Virus record (IMG/VR): IMGVR_UViG_3300044998_001320
Origin: an uncultured virus (IMG/VR IMGVR_UViG_3300044998_001320)
Lineage: Duplodnaviria; Heunggongvirae; Uroviricota; Caudoviricetes
Reading direction: 5' to 3' (one strand)
DNA: 20,000 nt
A program made the position numbers and the translations under genes. Below, piece by piece: positions 15,699 to 20,000 of this stretch. The notes below the pieces were generated by a model, which did no database searches, was not told where the DNA came from, and saw only the letters and a list, made by a program, of their open reading frames with translations. Numbering within the stretch: position 1 is the first letter of the stretch; every line of letters begins with the position of its first letter.

Positions 15699-17855
15699 TC
15701 AACGACGGCTATTCTTGCCAAAGATGTCCGTCGCCAGCTCCAGGGCGATCGCGTTGAGGTCTTTCACGCCCCGCAGGGTTTTGCGCTTACCCTGCAAGAC
15801 CAGCTCAATCCGATCGCTCTTCTGGGATAGCACATCATCCACCCGCTCATCGATCGGCCCAAACTGCAACCACAGGGACAGCACGTTCGAGGTCGTGCCA
15901 ATGCGGTAGCAGCGATCCTCTGCTTGGACTGCATCACCGGGAGACCAAGGGCGGTCGACCAACACAACCGTGCTTGATCGGGTCAATGTCAGCCCCACGC
16001 CACCAGCCTTGATTGTTCCCACGAAAACCTGGGTCGCGCCTGACTGGAATCGATCAACGATCGCCTGACGCTCGCCGGCTGGGGTCTCGCCCGTCAATAA
16101 ATCCACCGTCAGCCCTTGACCGACAAGCAAATTTGCCAATCGCTTGGCGCTGGGGACAAAGTCGGTGAACAACACGATCGAGTGCCCTTGCGCCACCACC
16201 TCTTCAGCAATCTCAATCGCCGCCTCGGTCTTAGCCATGCTGACCGCTTGACGCAACTGGCCCAGCTCGACCAGCGCCGCCGCCGTGGGGTCACCCTGGA
16301 TTTCCCCCGCCTGGATCCTGGCATGGTGCTCTGCTTGCAGCCGCGCGAACACTGACTGGTACAAATCAAGTGCCTTGCCACTGACCTCGACCGGTCGGAT
16401 CACCCGCGTCTTGGGTGGCAAGTCCAGGCAGTCCTCTTTCTTGCGGCGCAGCATGTAGGGTGACACTAGTCGAGAAAGCTCATCCAGTCCACGTGCACCC
16501 TTGTTCCACCAATGGCGCGTACTCCGCCCGGGCGTGGGGCGGTATTGCCCGTCGCAATACTTAATCTCGTAGGCACGAGGGTTTTGCGCCAGTGGGTGAC
16601 GGATCGCCTGGAGTAGTGGGAGCAACTCGATTGGCAGTCCATTCTTCATGGGCGTCCCGGTTAGAGGCCAGCAGACGACACAGTGCTGACTCAACGCCAG
16701 ATCCAAGAACCGCTGCCCCCGCTGGGTCTTACCCCCTGATTTCGCGTAGTGGGCCTCGTCGGCGATGAGCACGTAGGGCGTCTCGGGTGGGTCGGGAACC
16801 TTGCTCCAGCTATGGATCTCCACCTCGACCCCCACCCTGTCGGCTTCACGCTGCCAGTTGTCACGCAATGACGACGGAGACAAGACCAGCACCCGGTCTC
16901 CGAAGGCCACCTGAAAGCACCGCGCCGCCGATAGAGACATGATCGTCTTGCCCAGCCCCATGTCGTCGGCAACAATCATGGGTTGTTCCAGCATCTTGGC
17001 CGCGCCCGATCGCTGATGCTCCAGCAAGGACAGCCCACAGGGAAGATCGTAGGCAAGATGCCTGCGGGCCTGTTCAAACCGAACGTGCTGCGCGGACTGC
17101 GACGATCGCCCCTCCTCCAGCAGCTTGGCAGACTGATCATCTAGCGTCGCCTCAGGCAACAAATCGACCAGGGCGGTGATCGCGCTAAGGGGGAATCGCC
17201 AGCGCTTCGATTTGGAGTCAAACGATTTGGTCAACCCTAGCTCTTGCTGCAACCCTCGCAACTTGCCTACGGTCATGGCATCGTAGGGGAAGGCGACCCA
17301 CAACCCCCGGCGCTCGTAGCTGATCGACGGGCGCGTCTCCACCGCCTCCGCCCTTGAGTCCCTTATCCGGGCTAGGACTACTGAGGGAAGGGGTATGTCC
17401 AACTGCGACAGCTCTAATAGATCGCGATCCATGTCAAAGCCGCGAAAGCACGCCCCTACCTGTTTGGGGGTGGGCACGCCGCCCGTGCTGAGGATTTCGA
17501 TCAACTCCTCGTAGAGTAAGATCTCAGATTGCCACTGAGCAAGGCAAAGCAGGCACGCACCCCACTCCCACCCGCCAGCCCAGTCCCGCGTGGACAAAGA
17601 CCACTCCCCTTGTAGTGCGGACAGTTGCCGCTGCCAGCCTTTGTGTGACCGAAAGAAGGCGATCGCCTCGTCGGGGGTCGGGATGCTGATCGACACGGAG
17701 TTCAGGTGATCGCGCTGGCCCTGCAGTAGGGTTGCCCAGCGCACCCGCTCCCAGGGATGCAGCGAGTCAACCCGATCAGCGATCTTCTCGTAGCGAGCGC
17801 GGTTGATCGGGTCGAAGGTGGGAGCCAAATATTTCAAAGCCTGGGCGATCGTCAC
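15699..17855 (-). CDS. SNF2-family (SMARCAL1/HARP-like) helicase
   Basis: Motifs ADDMGLGKT, IADEAHYAK, LTGTPMKN, MLRRKK, GGVGLTLT, QAEDRCYRIG, preceded by a HARP-like segment (FPYD...SFDSKSKRWRFPL). Confidence 0.92.
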   Translation of the reverse strand: MTIAQALKYLAPTFDPINRARYEKIADRVDSLHPWERVRWATLLQGQRDHLNSVSISIPTPDEAIAFFRSHKGWQRQLSALQGEWSLSTRDWAGGWEWGACLLCLAQWQSEILLYEELIEILSTGGVPTPKQVGACFRGFDMDRDLLELSQLDIPLPSVVLARIRDSRAEAVETRPSISYERRGLWVAFPYDAMTVGKLRGLQQELGLTKSFDSKSKRWRFPLSAITALVDLLPEATLDDQSAKLLEEGRSSQSAQHVRFEQARRHLAYDLPCGLSLLEHQRSGAAKMLEQPMIVADDMGLGKTIMSLSAARCFQVAFGDRVLVLSPSSLRDNWQREADRVGVEVEIHSWSKVPDPPETPYVLIADEAHYAKSGGKTQRGQRFLDLALSQHCVVCWPLTGTPMKNGLPIELLPLLQAIRHPLAQNPRAYEIKYCDGQYRPTPGRSTRHWWNKGARGLDELSRLVSPYMLRRKKEDCLDLPPKTRVIRPVEVSGKALDLYQSVFARLQAEHHARIQAGEIQGDPTAAALVELGQLRQAVSMAKTEAAIEIAEEVVAQGHSIVLFTDFVPSAKRLANLLVGQGLTVDLLTGETPAGERQAIVDRFQSGATQVFVGTIKAGGVGLTLTRSSTVVLVDRPWSPGDAVQAEDRCYRIGTTSNVLSLWLQFGPIDERVDDVLSQKSDRIELVLQGKRKTLRGVKDLNAIALELATDIFGKNSRR

Positions 17856-18310
17856 TGGAGCTGCCTTCTAATGACGACGCAACAAAGGTCGGGCAAGGCA
17901 AAGGACTCGCCGCTACCCTTGATTGACTCCAAACGAAAGAAGCGGCCGCCATACCCCGAGGCGACGCCCCACAGCGGCCGCCGGGACTCACTCACAATCC
18001 TCAGGGTCTCCCGGGTCAGCCGATCACGTTTCCCTTGGTTTTTGTGTTCCGGGTAAAACTGCTTCAGAGGTCGAGCCGCGATGATAACCTCGTCGCCCAC
18101 CCTGGGGTAGTGCTGCCACCCCAGCAGCCAGTCGACCTCTCCGTCAACGAACTTAACGCGAGGGTGCCCGTCTTCCAGGTAGCACCCCGCAACGGTAAAG
18201 GCGATCAAGCTATGCCATGGTAGCCAAAGCTGATCGCCCTCGCGCGGCCAAGTGGCCGGATCCTCCAGAGTGAACATCTCAAGTGCGTGCGTACGTGCAT
18301 TTCTGCACAA
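17852..18310 (-). CDS. Hypothetical protein
   Basis: 152-aa ORF whose stop overlaps the SNF2 start (GTGA). True start may be the internal ATG (MFTLED). Confidence 0.6.
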   Translation of the reverse strand: MCRNARTHALEMFTLEDPATWPREGDQLWLPWHSLIAFTVAGCYLEDGHPRVKFVDGEVDWLLGWQHYPRVGDEVIIAARPLKQFYPEHKNQGKRDRLTRETLRIVSESRRPLWGVASGYGGRFFRLESIKGSGESFALPDLCCVVIRRQLQ

Positions 18311-18324
18311 ATATTAGCGCAGTG

Positions 18325-18771
18325 TCAACAAAATGAGTCAACACTCGCCTGGGGCGGGTCGATCACCTCAATGACCCACACCGAGTCGTCCCTGGGACAA
18401 CCGTGGGGCGGTATGATGATCGCCGCCATCACCTGCCCTCCCAGAAATTCATGCTTGATGCCTGCCAGGTCAGACAGTTGCCCCAGGGGCAGGGAGTCTC
18501 GACGGGCGATCGCCACCCGCGAGTGGCCCACCCCAACCCAGTAATCTCGGCAGCACCACGCAGCGGTCACCTCGGGTAACGCCTGAATGATCGCCCAAGG
18601 CAAGTCCTCGACCTCCCGAGGCTCCCACAGATCCGGCACAGGAGCAACCTCGCCGCCCGCCATCCACAGCACTCCACTTGGGTAGCGCACGCCCTCAAGA
18701 AAATCATTCGTGTGCGACGCCGACTGGATCCACCTTGGCTGTCTGCCGTAGCGCTGTTCGAAGTCGAGCAA
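18325..18771 (-). CDS. Hypothetical protein
   Basis: ORF track gives 18325-18936. Start trimmed to the TTG at 18771, which follows a GAAGGGGG RBS-like sequence and limits overlap with the upstream gene. Confidence 0.5.
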   Translation of the reverse strand: MLDFEQRYGRQPRWIQSASHTNDFLEGVRYPSGVLWMAGGEVAPVPDLWEPREVEDLPWAIIQALPEVTAAWCCRDYWVGVGHSRVAIARRDSLPLGQLSDLAGIKHEFLGGQVMAAIIIPPHGCPRDDSVWVIEVIDPPQASVDSFC

Positions 18772-19294
18772 CGGACACACCCCCTTCTTGGTAGTTGTGG
18801 TCAGTGAACAGGGACTGGATCGTGTCCAGTGCCGCACAGACTTGCTCTGGACTTGACGTGTTGTCAAGCAAATCCAAGATGGACTTGATGACTTGACAAA
18901 ATCGATTTTGTTTGATCCAAGATTGCCCTTGAGCACGGTGCAGGGAATCTAGCAAGAGAGATCGCTGGGGGGCGAGCTGGCTTAGCTGGATATTGACAAA
19001 TGCCGATCTCCGTGATTCGGACAGGCGCGGATTGGATAGCTGAATCTCCAGCGATCGCTCTTGAACGGCGATGACATTTAGTCCATGCTGGATCTCCGCT
19101 TCACAGAACTCTCCCAGTGGGGGCAGCGATTCGTACACCCAGTCGGGGAAATATTCTCGCGGGACATCGATCAGCCCCCACTGGATCCACTCCTGGCGGG
19201 TGCGTGACTTTCGGTGGGAACCTGGGGGAGGCGAGGAGGCTGGGGGAGACGAGGAGGCTGGGGACTTGACTTTGTAGCGAACAGGGGATTTCAT
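18704..19294 (-). CDS. Hypothetical protein
   Basis: 196-aa ATG ORF starting 8 nt after the nrdJ stop. Pro/Ser-rich N-terminus with a helical remainder. Confidence 0.6.
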   Translation of the reverse strand: MKSPVRYKVKSPASSSPPASSPPPGSHRKSRTRQEWIQWGLIDVPREYFPDWVYESLPPLGEFCEAEIQHGLNVIAVQERSLEIQLSNPRLSESRRSAFVNIQLSQLAPQRSLLLDSLHRAQGQSWIKQNRFCQVIKSILDLLDNTSSPEQVCAALDTIQSLFTDHNYQEGGVSVARLRTALRQTAKVDPVGVAHE

Positions 19295-19302
19295 GGGCGT
19301 GG

Positions 19303-20000
19303 CTAGTAGAGTTCAGGCGTCAAGCAACGATCAGAATCGCAAGCGGCCGGCCCTTGCTCAGATGCTTGGGGTTGACTCAAGACGTCCCGATCATGTCGAG
19401 CCAGGTGATCATGGAACGAACCCGGTTTACGGCGATCACGCACCGCCGCCGCCAACCGGTCATAGGTCTCGCGGGAAATCGGCTCAAAGGGCAGCCGAGG
19501 ATAGGTCTCCAAGTTGTCGAACCGGGCCAACAGCGCCACCGAAATATACCCCTCGTCGTTCTGAATCGCCTGGTAGATCCGCTGGCCCAGGGGTTCAATT
19601 TCTGACTCCCGTAGCTCGATCGTGGCGCTGGTGTTGTGGGTGGTGTAGTGGGTTTGCACCTGCATGTAGAAGTCAAACTGAGCGAGGGCGCTGAACCGCT
19701 CGATCGCGATCGTGTCCGCCCCCGGCAAGTCCGCCCAAGGCACTGCCACCGGAATCTCCACCAGCCACTCGGTACAGCGCGGGTCAAACGGATCGTCCAA
19801 CAAGCGGCCGTCTTCGTCCTTGTCTGACTGGGATGGCACAACGCTATAGCCATAGTCTAAACAAGCCAGGGCCACCGGGTCGTTCTTTGCAAAGGTGATG
19901 CGCCGGATGAACCGAGCCGCCTTGGGCGGATGCCAGCCGGGCGAGGCCCCCGTCAGCAGACTCTTGGTTCCACTGGGCTGAACTGTGGTGCAGCGGTTGG
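19303..20000 (-). CDS. nrdJ: Class II (adenosylcobalamin-dependent) ribonucleoside-triphosphate reductase, C-terminal part (5' end outside window)
   Basis: Frame open to the window edge: NRCTTVQPSGTKSLLTGASPGWHPPK...FIRRITF...HNTSATIE...PRLPFEPI...GPAACDSDRC (C-terminal redox Cys pair), the cyanobacterial NrdJ pattern. Confidence 0.93.
   Translation of the reverse strand, partial: NRCTTVQPSGTKSLLTGASPGWHPPKAARFIRRITFAKNDPVALACLDYGYSVVPSQSDKDEDGRLLDDPFDPRCTEWLVEIPVAVPWADLPGADTIAIERFSALAQFDFYMQVQTHYTTHNTSATIELRESEIEPLGQRIYQAIQNDEGYISVALLARFDNLETYPRLPFEPISRETYDRLAAAVRDRRKPGSFHDHLARHDRDVLSQPQASEQGPAACDSDRCLTPELY

Noticed and set aside
18704..18936. 233-nt same-strand overlap suggesting recoding
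   Set aside because: It would need a +1 shift with no evident signal. A later TTG/GTG start (18771/18780) with an RBS-like sequence explains it more simply.

Overview
This window looks like part of a cyanobacterial temperate phage or phage-plasmid-like element; at least 14 perfect HIP1 octamers (GCGATCGC) are visible. From left to right it holds: (1) an ~890-bp non-coding region packed with palindromic repeats, probably an origin or recombination region; (2) an isolated ~1000-aa gp5/VgrG-type baseplate spike gene; (3) a divergent regulatory pair (RHH-like and HTH proteins) sharing a symmetric promoter; (4) an FtsK/HerA-family ATPase and a DUF2227-like membrane protein; (5) an 11-bp repeat/inverted-repeat site preceding a tightly coupled operon of two HTH-like proteins, about seven membrane-anchored proteins and two putative peptidoglycan enzymes; (6) phage-type DNA metabolism genes (Dda/RecD-like helicase, SNF2/HARP-like helicase, class II ribonucleotide reductase nrdJ, partial). 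The most interesting candidates are a possible non-canonical DNA-transfer/'spread' module (4883-12967, inferred) and a lambda-type G GGA AAG -1 frameshift site (7539-7545) that would fuse a DNA-binding-like protein to a membrane anchor. All family calls come from motif recognition by eye; no database searches were run.
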